This document shows, piece by piece, positions 46,106-56,700 of a stretch of 64,000 nucleotides of DNA. The position numbers and the translations under genes were made by a program. Below the pieces are notes generated by a model. It made no database searches and was not told the DNA's origin. It was given only the letters and a program-made list of their open reading frames with translations. The DNA comes from Promethearchaeota archaeon (GTDB lineage: Archaea > Asgardarchaeota > Lokiarchaeia > Sigyniarchaeales > SOKP01): positions 64,001 to 128,000 of the forward strand of contig JBHLNS010000004.1 of the NCBI GenBank assembly GCA_048941285.1, in the 5' to 3' direction. The stretch's first letter is position 1; each line of letters opens with the position of its first letter.

Positions 46106-47863
46106 TTATTGAATAGCTATCTGTTCTTGGAATTTTGGTACTTCTCTTTTCCTAAATTCACGGATTAATTTGATAAACTTCAAGGGTTTGCCAGTATAAT
46201 TAAGTTCCCTTAAAGCTTGCTCTTGGTAAGCTATGAAAAGTTTATTAGAAAATTCTTCCCAATCTCTGCAAATTGATAAGGTTTTTTCATCAGATCTTAG
46301 AAGACTCTCATGTGACATTATTTTACTGAATTCTGATGAATATTCTTCAATGAGATCTGGATTTGATCCCGATAATAAATCTCTACAAAAATCTTCAGCA
46401 GGATACCATTCTTTTACTCTTGAAAAATCACGGTGAATTTGAGTAAGGAGGACATTTCTTGGCCCTTCCCATAATTCCATAATCATGGAATCTCTGTGAA
46501 AGCGAGGAGATGAAAGGAAATCTTCCATAATACCATGCCCTCCATAAAATGAAATTGCTTTTCGTATCATTGTAGGGGCTTCATGAGCTACAACAATTTT
46601 CTGTAGCATAATTAATTCCCGTAATCTAAATCGACGTTTGCGTTCCTCGATATCTTTAACTTTTTGTAATTCTCTTATTCCACTAATAAGTTCTTCATTG
46701 AAATGAATATATTCAGAATATATTTTGAAGCAACCCACTGCAGTTCTTTTAGCAAATTGCTCTAGTTCATTTATTTGATTTATCATCATTGGAAAGGAAG
46801 ATATAGATACACCAAAAGCTGTTCTAAATTGTGAATATAATACTGCTTCTCTTACAACTCGTAAAGCTCCTGCAGCCATTCCAAAAGCTACATGAAGTCT
46901 AGATAAAGAAAGAACAATCCCTACAATATCAGCCAATCCTTTTTCAAGTGGACCTATCGGATATGCAACAGCTCCATTATATGTAATCTCTGCTGTAGGT
47001 AATTCAGCAGTTCCAAGTTTTTGTTTTAACCTATCAATTGTGTATGAATTCCTAATTTCTTTTCCTTTATTACCAGGTAACCACGAAGGCACTGCAAAAA
47101 CTGCAATTCTAGTAGACGATGGAGTGTTTTTTGGTTTTGCAGATACAATCGCATAATCTGCTTGAGTAGCTGAGCAGAAGAATTTTTGACCATAAAGTCT
47201 CCATACATTAGATATTCCATCTTTCCCTTCCTCTTTTTCGAATACAGCTTCTACTAAGTTGGAGGGAACATCACTGCCCCCTTGAATTTCACTTACGAAT
47301 TGAGCAGCAAGTTGATATTCTCCATCTTCACCATCCCTTATAGATTTTAGAATTTTTTTAGCCTCCAAGCTCAATGTGTCTTCATATTTTTGCATAAGTT
47401 CGACAGCTCCATGAGAACAGGCAACCGGGCACATTACTCCTGATTCTCCATTTTCATAAAGTAGAAACATTTTAGCAAATCTACTCCAAGCAGAATTTCG
47501 AGCATGATCAAAAAGACCAAGACTGAATACCTCTTTTTCTAAAATCTTTGTCTCTAAACATCTTTCAATTCGATCAATCCGGTGATTATGTGCATCATAA
47601 TGTTTCATTTTAGTAACTTTCGTTCTATTTTCAAGTTCATTAGCTTTATCCGCGAGATCTCGAAATCTAAAAGAAACATATTCACTTAGACCACAAAGAT
47701 CTCTATGTATTTTTTCATACTCTTCGTTTGGAATATATTTTTTAATGAGAGCTTGTAAAAATTCATCATCTTTATAATAATTAAAACGATCTCTTACAAA
47801 TAAAAAGTCATCAAAAGTATATTCATTATTGCGATTTCCTTCTTGAGAAGACATAACAAACAC
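46106..47863 (-). CDS. Acyl-CoA dehydrogenase family protein (AidB-like)
   Basis: CPVACS.G, SEIQGGSDV, LYGQKFFCS, RLKQKLGT..LPTAEI, SRL, R.AFG, GG.G.MEDF, WEGPRNV. Confidence 0.9.
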   Translation of the reverse strand: MFVMSSQEGNRNNEYTFDDFLFVRDRFNYYKDDEFLQALIKKYIPNEEYEKIHRDLCGLSEYVSFRFRDLADKANELENRTKVTKMKHYDAHNHRIDRIERCLETKILEKEVFSLGLFDHARNSAWSRFAKMFLLYENGESGVMCPVACSHGAVELMQKYEDTLSLEAKKILKSIRDGEDGEYQLAAQFVSEIQGGSDVPSNLVEAVFEKEEGKDGISNVWRLYGQKFFCSATQADYAIVSAKPKNTPSSTRIAVFAVPSWLPGNKGKEIRNSYTIDRLKQKLGTAELPTAEITYNGAVAYPIGPLEKGLADIVGIVLSLSRLHVAFGMAAGALRVVREAVLYSQFRTAFGVSISSFPMMINQINELEQFAKRTAVGCFKIYSEYIHFNEELISGIRELQKVKDIEERKRRFRLRELIMLQKIVVAHEAPTMIRKAISFYGGHGIMEDFLSSPRFHRDSMIMELWEGPRNVLLTQIHRDFSRVKEWYPAEDFCRDLLSGSNPDLIEEYSSEFSKIMSHESLLRSDEKTLSICRDWEEFSNKLFIAYQEQALRELNYTGKPLKFIKLIREFRKREVPKFQEQIAIQ

Positions 47864-47963
47864 TTGTAATAATTTTCTAGATTAAAAAAAGTTATTCAGA
47901 TTATTAAAAATAACTATCTAAATAAGAAGCTCTTAACTTTGAATTTTTAATTCTTAATTCAAG

Positions 47964-48758
47964 TTACATATCTTCTTCATCTTCTTCGTTTACTACAAGT
48001 TCTTCTTCCCCAGCAGGAATAGGTGTTTTGGGTTTGGGTTGTACCAGTTTCTTTACATTTATTCTTTCAGATCTCTTTATTTCTGATTTTCTTGATCTCT
48101 TTATATCAACTTCTACAATTTCAAATTGGTCATCTGGAATTACTTTATCCTCCCCTCCTTCAGGTATAGAAACAAGTTTGCTCTTGATGATTACAGAGTT
48201 CGACAATGGATAAATAGTTTTACCTACTCTTTGAATTTGGTTTTGAAATTCTCCATATATCATCCCTGCTATAAATTTTTCATGATTTAGACTTTTAGCA
48301 AATTCCCTAAGAATCTCCCTTGTTATTTTCCTTATTAAAATTTGTTGACTACTTCTTGCTCTTTTAATAGTAGTACAAATCATAGTTAAGCGGAATATAT
48401 AACCATCCTTTGTTGTTAAGTTGATAATTGACTGTATTTTTGTGCTTCCTCTACCAATTAAAGATCGTATGAAATCATTAGTATATTGGTGTCCAACAAA
48501 TATGCTGTTGCATTTTTTTGCTTCGTTATTAACTTCAACAATTCTGAATTTTAGTTTCAAACTAATATCAGAGTATCTTCCTGTGAAATCATATAGTAAC
48601 GCTTCAATGGTTCTCCCCAATAAAGTATCTTCTAAGCCTATTACTTCCCCTATCTGTTTGAAGTTAAATGTTTTTGGTGAGATAATATGATACCAATTTT
48701 TATCTTTAAATGTAACTTTTTTTGTTTTTGGTTTCTTTTTCCTTGCTTTTGAACTCAA
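47964..48758 (-). CDS. rps3ae: 30S ribosomal protein S3Ae (eS1) with C-terminal extension
   Basis: K.WY.I.SP..F....IG, GRTIE..L.D.TG, KL.FRI, DFIRSLI.R, TTKDGY, QQ..IR, IYPL; TTG start with GGAGG. Confidence 0.94.
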   Translation of the reverse strand: MSSKARKKKPKTKKVTFKDKNWYHIISPKTFNFKQIGEVIGLEDTLLGRTIEALLYDFTGRYSDISLKLKFRIVEVNNEAKKCNSIFVGHQYTNDFIRSLIGRGSTKIQSIINLTTKDGYIFRLTMICTTIKRARSSQQILIRKITREILREFAKSLNHEKFIAGMIYGEFQNQIQRVGKTIYPLSNSVIIKSKLVSIPEGGEDKVIPDDQFEIVEVDIKRSRKSEIKRSERINVKKLVQPKPKTPIPAGEEELVVNEEDEEDM

Positions 48759-48772
48759 TTTACTTCCTCCAT

Positions 48773-49231
48773 CTATCTTGCTACTAATGTTCTTATCTTT
48801 TCAGAGTCATATTTAAAATCTAATGGAAGTTTCTTCTTCTTTTTATAGTATTTTATCAACCGATATATCTTACTCTCTGTGCGATTCAATCCTTTTCTTG
48901 CTTCCAGGTCTTTATGATTCGTTTCTAGATGTTTTCTAATTTTAAGAGCTTTTCTTACTAAATTTGCCAGTTCTTCTGGTAAAGGAGACTTAATCTCGTT
49001 TTCTTCCAGGATCTGAGTTACTTTTTTGCCGGTTACCAATTTAACTAATGGTACGCCTCGTGAATCTCTCATTAGTGTACCTATCATAGATTTTGACTGT
49101 CCCCTCCTCGCTAATTTAATAACTTCATTTTCAACTTCTTCTGGAGAGAGTTCCACCCATGTAGGTTTTTCTAATCTTGCCGGGCGTGTACTGCCTGATT
49201 GTCCACCTTTTCTTGAATGCATCCGAGCCAT
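48773..49231 (-). CDS. rps15: 30S ribosomal protein S15 (uS15)
   Basis: MARMHSRK.G.SGS..P, IG..MRD..G.P, LPEEL..L..KA..IRKHL..N.KD, ESKI.RL.KYYK. Confidence 0.97.
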   Translation of the reverse strand: MARMHSRKGGQSGSTRPARLEKPTWVELSPEEVENEVIKLARRGQSKSMIGTLMRDSRGVPLVKLVTGKKVTQILEENEIKSPLPEELANLVRKALKIRKHLETNHKDLEARKGLNRTESKIYRLIKYYKKKKKLPLDFKYDSEKIRTLVAR

Positions 49232-49389
49232 TTTTGCGTTCTTCCTTTTATATTGCAGTTCTTATAAGATGTAATATAAAATAAATAAAGAAATATACAA
49301 AATAAACTTTTTGAATGTTCATTATTACAAATGATTCAAACCTTATTTAACTCGAATATCTAAATAAACATTAAGCGATTATAGTAATT

Positions 49390-49974
49390 ATGAGTATGGA
49401 TCAAAAAATTCTCTATTTTGTTACTGGTAATATTCATAAATACAATGAAATTCATACTTTTTTTAAAAAAGAAAGCATCAATTATATTTTAAAACAAAGA
49501 AGTATCAAAACTATTGAAATTCAAGCAAAATCAGTCAAAGAAGTAGCATTATACAAATTAGAAAGTATAAAAGGGCAAATAAATGGGTCTTATTTTATTG
49601 AAGATGCAGGGTTTTTTGTAGATATTCCACTTAATGGTTTTCCAGGAGTATATTCATCATATATTATGAAAACTATTGGTAATAGAGGAATATTAAAACT
49701 AATTGATGATTTTGAAAATACAAAAGCTCATTTTACTTCAATCATAGCCCTATATTTTGAACCACTTGATAAAAACTTAATATTCGAAGGAAATGTTCAT
49801 GGAAGAGTGGCAAAAATTGCAAGAGGTTCAGGTGGATTTGGATTTGATCCAATATTTATCCCGAATATTAGACCTGATAAGACATTTGCGGAATTAAAAA
49901 CAGAAGAAAAGAACGAAATCTCCCATAGAGGGCAAGCTTGGAATAAATTCTTAAGATTCCTTAAAGGATTATAA
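49390..49974 (+). CDS. rdgB: XTP/dITP diphosphatase (HAM1/RdgB)
   Basis: FVTGN.HK..E, EIQA, EDAG, LNGFPGVYS, GFGFDPIF, TFAE...EKN.ISHR. Confidence 0.95.
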   Translation: MSMDQKILYFVTGNIHKYNEIHTFFKKESINYILKQRSIKTIEIQAKSVKEVALYKLESIKGQINGSYFIEDAGFFVDIPLNGFPGVYSSYIMKTIGNRGILKLIDDFENTKAHFTSIIALYFEPLDKNLIFEGNVHGRVAKIARGSGGFGFDPIFIPNIRPDKTFAELKTEEKNEISHRGQAWNKFLRFLKGL

Positions 49975-50006
49975 TATTAAAAAAAAGGAGTTTATAAAAT
50001 TCTTTT

Positions 50007-50519
50007 CTAATCTCGAGGTAAAAACACACTAACTATACCTAGGCCACCACCGACCAATAATAGATATCCTCCAATATCTACTAGATCATTAGGTAGTATT
50101 TGTAATGGAAATATTCCTAATAGGTTATTTGTGCCAAAAACATTCTCTATCCATAAAATTCTATCGAGTATATCACTACTTGTAAATAACAATGCTATCC
50201 CAATACCAATCGGCATAATTGAACCTAAAATTGCTAATGTCCGGTTTTTTATACCTGCTATTTGTATTACTCCAGAGGCCAAGAAAAAGATTAAGAAACC
50301 AGCAATTATATAAATGGCAAATCCTGGTATCCCTAATAGTATTCCATATGCGTCAGCGTTTGTAAACATGTTTGGGAGATTATTTATTATACCTAAACCA
50401 TTGGAATAAAATGTTGGTGGTATATTTGGTGGAATATCCATTCCATACCAAGAAAAAACATAAGTAGCGATAATCGTAACTATTCCTGCTACTAAACTAG
50501 TTAATTTTCCAGATTCCAT
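50007..50519 (-). CDS. Multi-pass membrane protein, unknown function
   Basis: About 4 Gly-rich hydrophobic segments. Confidence 0.72.
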   Translation of the reverse strand: MESGKLTSLVAGIVTIIATYVFSWYGMDIPPNIPPTFYSNGLGIINNLPNMFTNADAYGILLGIPGFAIYIIAGFLIFFLASGVIQIAGIKNRTLAILGSIMPIGIGIALLFTSSDILDRILWIENVFGTNNLLGIFPLQILPNDLVDIGGYLLLVGGGLGIVSVFLPRD

Positions 50520-50546
50520 TATAAAATACCTTATTTAATTTTTAAT

Positions 50547-50660
50547 TCATGTATTTTTTTTAAAATTGCTATTTATAATTAATCGATTGATTATATATAA
50601 CTTTAATACATTAGCATTTGATAGATTAGTAAAGAAATTTATTTAAAAAAAAATACATGA
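50547..50660. repeat. 18-19 bp near-perfect inverted repeat with 77-nt spacer
   Basis: TCATGTA-T8-AAA (50547-50564) and TTT-A9-TACATGA (50642-50660). Confidence 0.45.
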
Positions 50661-50709
50661 TTTTTAGTATCTGAATTGTGCATTAAATGGTAGTTAGAGC
50701 ATATTTGAT

Positions 50710-53700
50710 TTAAAATGTCTGCCTAAAGATATCCATAATGCTTTTCTTGTAAAAATATTTCACTAAAATTATATAAATTCCAAGAAATGCGAATGAAATT
50801 GATAATATAAACACTCTTAATAAAGTTTCTATGGGGATTGAAAAAATAATAGGCATTTCCGTCATTAAACTCATATTAGATTCAAGTAAATATCCAGTAT
50901 AAGTACCAATGATTGTCCCCATAACTCCCGCAGAAAGTAGAGTAATCATGCTTTCAATTAAAAACATATTACGAACGTTTCGAGTTTTCATCCCCATCGA
51001 TCTTAGTATCCCAATCTCAAATTTTCTTTCTAAAATAACTGCATACATGCTGCTTATAAGGCCAAAAATGCTAATGATTATTGTGAATGTTAAAATCAAT
51101 TCCATCAAAAACGACTGTCTTTCAGTCATCGCTTTAAAAAAATTAATCTTGGAAATTGCATCATCAATAATGATATCCTTGTCTTGATACATAGTATTTA
51201 TATCATCTTTAGTCTCCTCAATGTTTTCTTCAGTTTTATCAACAAGGTTTAAAAATATTTTATCTATTATCATATTAGGGGCTCCAGGGTTTTTAACCTT
51301 CATCAAACGCATGTAATTCTCTAAAGAAACCATAACACCTCCGCCATTAGCAGACATTTCATTACTTCGAAAGTTGTAAAATCCAGGAATCCCCCCCGAA
51401 ATTCCAACGACCCGAAATAATGTGACATTCCCAGGTGCTAATGGCCCATCATCATAATCTTCAGGTCTAAAAAATGTTAAACGAATATATTCTCCTACTT
51501 CTTTAATTCCTACATAATCCGCAATCGATTTAGCAATTATGCATGTATTATTATGTGTGAATAATTCATTAAATGAATAATCAGTGTTACTACCTTGGCT
51601 TTTCCAAATCAACAAATTTTGATCAATTAAATCAACAAAATCATTATTTATACCTATAAATCCTGCCTCCACAACATCAAAATCCATCATGTCTCCTGCT
51701 GTTGTTTTGAATTTTGAATCATCTTCCTCTCCAAAAAATTGAAATATGTTCATCATTTGTTCGGTGGAATCACTACTAAAACCTACTTGCCCCTCACTAA
51801 CTTCAAAAAGTGTTGCCAGAGTTGCTTGAAGATCAAACGTATTATGAAGTGAAACAGCTAACTTATCTATACCTGGTAAGTTTTCTAATTCGTTAACCAT
51901 ATCAAGTGTTAAAGCACTTTCTGGGGTATAAAAATTTTGATTCATTAAAACTAAATCTGATCCATATTGAAATCTTAAATTCAGATCCATATTTTCAGAT
52001 TCCATTTTAGTTACACTTGTAATAAAAAAAATAAAAGAAAAACTAATAGAAAACATAATCACAGTGCTCGTATTACGTCTTCTATATCGTTTTAACGAAA
52101 TGCTTATAATATTGCTATATTTTCTAATAGCAGGTGATATTATACCTAGAAAGACTTTTTGAATTATTGGAATCACTCCTATTGAGGCAAAAACCAATCC
52201 AATTACAATAGCTGCTAATAAGCCAATAAAAAGTGCTGAAGTTAACATAAAATCTCCAGTAACAAATATATTTGGCATTAAAACAAACACAATCATTCCA
52301 ATTGTAGCTATCGCAATACCTGTAAGAAAACTTTTGACATTCATACTTCCTTCCTTTTTTATTTCCCATCCTTCTTCCTTAGTTTGAAAAGGTGTAATTG
52401 ATTTAATAATATCTAACTTTGCTGTTTTTAAAGCGGGTAATAAAGATATTGCCAATGATACAAATGTTCCTATTGAAAATGTCATTATAAGCGTATCAGG
52501 CTGAATAACCCATTCTACTTCAGTGAATTCAAATTGAAACTGATATAGAGGAAATATAGACTGAGCAATCGGTTTCATCAATGTAAACCCGAGGATCATT
52601 CCTAATATTGACCCAATTAAACCTAACATCAATCCCTCAAATAAAACCATTTTAATACAATAAGCTTTTCTACTTCCAACTACACGAATAACCCCAAATT
52701 CTCTAACTCGTTCTTCAACAGAGGTAGATAGAATGCTGTTTATCAAAATACCCGTTATAAGTGTGGAAAGAATTGTGATAAACCAAAACATTATTGTCAC
52801 TGTCATTAAAAGAAACTGACCACCCTCAAGTTCTTCCAACTTTGGTAGACTTACTGTAAACTCGTTCAGATCTAATCTTTCTTGGATATTAGATCCAATT
52901 TTTCGAAGTCTTCTGGTTGTTAAATCCAAATTACTTGCGTCATATACAGCTCTAGGGTTATTTATAGTTCCTACTATGAAATTTATTAAACTATCTCGTT
53001 TTAGGAAACTCTGAGCTTGTTGTATATTAACAAGAATTAATGAATTTTCAAATTGCATAAACTTAAGATCTTGAATGCAAATTTCAACTACAGTTAAGTT
53101 TAACTCATACGTTTGATATTTTAAATATATATTATCTCCTCTACTTACATTAAGGATTTGTGCCACATTCCATAATATAACACATTCCCCATTATTTGGC
53201 TCATCATCATATATCTCATTTGTTTCTTCTCCTTGTTCATCCACAATTATCAGATCTCCCATATTTCCATTTGTAGCCTCTTCAATAAAGTTAAGGCCGT
53301 ATAATTGTAGCGAGCCACTAGTGTTTATATTTTCTGAAGTAGTCTCTACCAACATCATAATACGAGGAAATAATTTTTGAACCCCCTCAACATCTTCTAA
53401 TTCATTATTAATAATCTGCTCATCAAAGAAAGGATCATAAGTCAAATCTGTTTGAATAGTTCGTGTAATCATAATATCTGATTTTCCTGTTGATGATGTA
53501 ACATATAAAAGATAATTGTAATTTACTGTGTCATTTAACATTCCAATAGTAGTTAATAGAAATAATGAAACTGCAATTCCACATACCCCAAAGAGAGCTT
53601 TAGCTTTATCTCTCTTGAGATCAAGCCAAGAATGTTTGATAATTTGTAGATTTATTCGCTTTCTCAGTTTATACAAGAAATTTCTTAAATCCATAATCAC
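50710..53700 (-). CDS. MacB/FtsX-type ABC permease with two FtsX and two extracytoplasmic domains
   Basis: Two FtsX signatures, ERVREFGVIRVVG...LFEG and ERKFEIGILRSMG...FLIES; large extracellular loops. Confidence 0.9.
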   Translation of the reverse strand: MIMDLRNFLYKLRKRINLQIIKHSWLDLKRDKAKALFGVCGIAVSLFLLTTIGMLNDTVNYNYLLYVTSSTGKSDIMITRTIQTDLTYDPFFDEQIINNELEDVEGVQKLFPRIMMLVETTSENINTSGSLQLYGLNFIEEATNGNMGDLIIVDEQGEETNEIYDDEPNNGECVILWNVAQILNVSRGDNIYLKYQTYELNLTVVEICIQDLKFMQFENSLILVNIQQAQSFLKRDSLINFIVGTINNPRAVYDASNLDLTTRRLRKIGSNIQERLDLNEFTVSLPKLEELEGGQFLLMTVTIMFWFITILSTLITGILINSILSTSVEERVREFGVIRVVGSRKAYCIKMVLFEGLMLGLIGSILGMILGFTLMKPIAQSIFPLYQFQFEFTEVEWVIQPDTLIMTFSIGTFVSLAISLLPALKTAKLDIIKSITPFQTKEEGWEIKKEGSMNVKSFLTGIAIATIGMIVFVLMPNIFVTGDFMLTSALFIGLLAAIVIGLVFASIGVIPIIQKVFLGIISPAIRKYSNIISISLKRYRRRNTSTVIMFSISFSFIFFITSVTKMESENMDLNLRFQYGSDLVLMNQNFYTPESALTLDMVNELENLPGIDKLAVSLHNTFDLQATLATLFEVSEGQVGFSSDSTEQMMNIFQFFGEEDDSKFKTTAGDMMDFDVVEAGFIGINNDFVDLIDQNLLIWKSQGSNTDYSFNELFTHNNTCIIAKSIADYVGIKEVGEYIRLTFFRPEDYDDGPLAPGNVTLFRVVGISGGIPGFYNFRSNEMSANGGGVMVSLENYMRLMKVKNPGAPNMIIDKIFLNLVDKTEENIEETKDDINTMYQDKDIIIDDAISKINFFKAMTERQSFLMELILTFTIIISIFGLISSMYAVILERKFEIGILRSMGMKTRNVRNMFLIESMITLLSAGVMGTIIGTYTGYLLESNMSLMTEMPIIFSIPIETLLRVFILSISFAFLGIYIILVKYFYKKSIMDIFRQTF

Positions 53701-53716
53701 ACTCTATTAATTTTTT

Positions 53717-56700
53717 TTATATATCTAGAACGCTAAATTTCTTTTTTTTACTTTTAAACTCTCTCGGAAATTTACCTTCTTCGGCTAAAATTGCCTCAAC
53801 TTCTTCTTTTTCCTTTCTGATTAACCTAACACCTTTACATTTTTTATTTTTACAATAATAATTCTCTCCTGGTGCGTCTTTTAGAAACCATCTTCCACAG
53901 TTCGAGCAGTTATATGCAGCATAAATTTGGTCATGCTCACAAATAGGGCACATTATATCAAATTTATTCGAGTAAAACCATGATCTACATGATTTGCAGT
54001 ATAAGGTTAAGGGTTTTTGAAGTTCTTCTTCTTGTTCGATTAATTCTATTCGTTTTATTACTTGATCTTTATCAATATCTTTTAATCTAATTTTTTCAGC
54101 ACGAATATTTTTTATATTTTGAATCCAAATTTTTCCTTTCTTCTCAGCAAAGATAAAAAGTGATATCATTACAACACCTATAACTCCGATTAAAATAATA
54201 TATGGCCCCCATAGAAGCCACCATCTTACATTATTCACTGATACGTTTATAAATGACTCTGCTTTATTTCCTTCTTTATCATAAGCCACTATTCTAATTT
54301 CAAATGGGCCATCATTATAATTGGCTGTATTCCAATTAAATTCTAATAATCCTATACTATTATTAAAATTGAGTTTACTTCGATCAACACTTATATTATT
54401 TAGAAATATATAAATTCTTGATTCATCTAATCCAATATTATCAGTTATATTTGCTCTTATCACGACTAATGATTTAAGATTAATCTCAGGTTCAGGATTC
54501 ATTATTCTTATTTCTGGAGCAATAAAATCTGAAGATTTATCATAACCTAGATAAATATTAGATAATAGCCATCCATATCCTATTCCAATTATATTATTAT
54601 TTGAATGTAAAGTGAACATCACCATTATATCTTCTCCAGAATACTGAGATATATCAAATCTTTTACTTCCAGAGAGATCCTCACTATCATATGTAAATTC
54701 TTTAAGAATAATCCATTTTTCTCCAAAATCTTTTGATATTGAAATAATGCACCTATCTAATTGTTCTTCGGGTTGATAAAATTCATTTTGTAAAGAAATT
54801 TCATAATCAAATTCAAGATAGACTTTATATTTACTTCCGAGATGTAAAGGACGAGTTATTAAATTACTATCCCAATTAATTCCATATCCCTGTTCAAAAC
54901 CACCATAACTCTGGCCTCTACCTCCATATAGGTATGGTTGGTTAAGACGGGTTATTGGATGCCAAGTGTTATCTGCTTTAAACCAAGCAGTATTTTCTTT
55001 TGGAGATGGGCTACCTGATATATAATAGTCATCTAGGTGTGTATTTGAAAATTCATATCCAATATTTTTGCCATCTTTAAATAGATTAAAATATAGAGGA
55101 TTTGGGTTAATAAATTTAAAAAGAGAATTATTTTTATTATATAATGGGGTTGAATTCACATATTTACCATCAGAAACATGAAATCTGAATGACTGACTTG
55201 AAATTTCTTCTAATAATACAGATCTGGTAAAATAAATTCCCCAATCTATAAAATTATTTGAGCTAGCATTCCAATCTCCATAAATATTATACATTGAATA
55301 ATTAGTACTATCTAATTCTAGATATACAAATTCAGGATAATTATTATCTAAATCAAAATATTCCAAAGAAAAAGTATACTTCTGGTATTTAGAATCTTGA
55401 GTGAAAGGGATATTATTATTTATATCAAATTTTATTAGTGGGTAATTCTCATTAGTATAATTTACTATTGCAAAATAATCCAAAATAAGCCCTTTATAAT
55501 TTACAGAATCAAATTCCTCATCAAGAGCAGTATCGAATCGAAATTGCACGAAATTTCCAATATATTGGGTTAAATTTATTTCTTCCATAAACCATTCCTG
55601 TTCAATATTTGTATAGGTTTCTAAAGTTACCCAACCTGTCCAATTTAGATTGATTTGTAAATAAATAAAATCCCCTGAGTTCAAACTTACTCTAAATCCA
55701 AATTTTGCATAAGGTTTAGTATGTATCTGGTTGATATCTGTTAAATTGTACAAAGGACTGATTAATGTGCCATTTGGATACGGATCCTCAGTTACTCTAA
55801 TAGGTTGATATGTATAATTATCCGGATTATTATGATAAGTACCAAAATACATGGAATGCCAAGAATCTTTATATATTCTTGATCTATTATCATTAATATT
55901 ATTTTGAGACATTATTTCCCATCCAATGCCAGTATATGTCCAATTACCAATTCCATCATTAAAATTATGATAATTAGGAAATCGAATACTATCTGTTGGG
56001 AATTCAATTTTAATATTGAATTGTTTACTATATGGAAATCTTGTTGTAAAAGAACCGTCACTCGCAACAAAAAAGTAATGATATATTCCAGATCTGGGAA
56101 ACTGAATATAATCACTCATAAAGATTGCCCCATCAGTGTAAATGTTATCCAGAGCATAAAGTTGAGTTAAGGAATAATTTCTTGATAATTCTAAAATAGA
56201 TACATAAACCTCTTGAGGTGGGACATTTGAAGTATCATTATCAAAATATTCAATGTAAAATCTATAACTATCAATAGTATAGTTTTTCTGTGGCTGGCCT
56301 CCCATATATTCTTGAAGACTCATTACAGTTGTATTTTTAGACCCTTCAAAATAATTAATTTCAGCTATTCTCAATTCAGGCCTAAAAAGATTATTAACTG
56401 TTGAAATATTTAAGGTAAAATCACTAGTTCCCTCAATTGCTTTCACAATTATAACACAGTTAGTCTGATTATTTTTTGGAATAAAATAGAAATTATCAAA
56501 ATCCCCATACCATTTTCGTGATGACTGTAGGAGAATTGGTTCTCCATATTGATTAGTTTCATTTGAAAATAAGAAAAAATCGAAATTTGCTTCTGGGGTA
56601 TCAACTGATAAACTAAATGAATACTGAACATCTTCAGTTAGTTCAATTTGGCGAGCAAACACATGTTTACCCAGAGGATTTACTTCGGAACTTACTAAAT

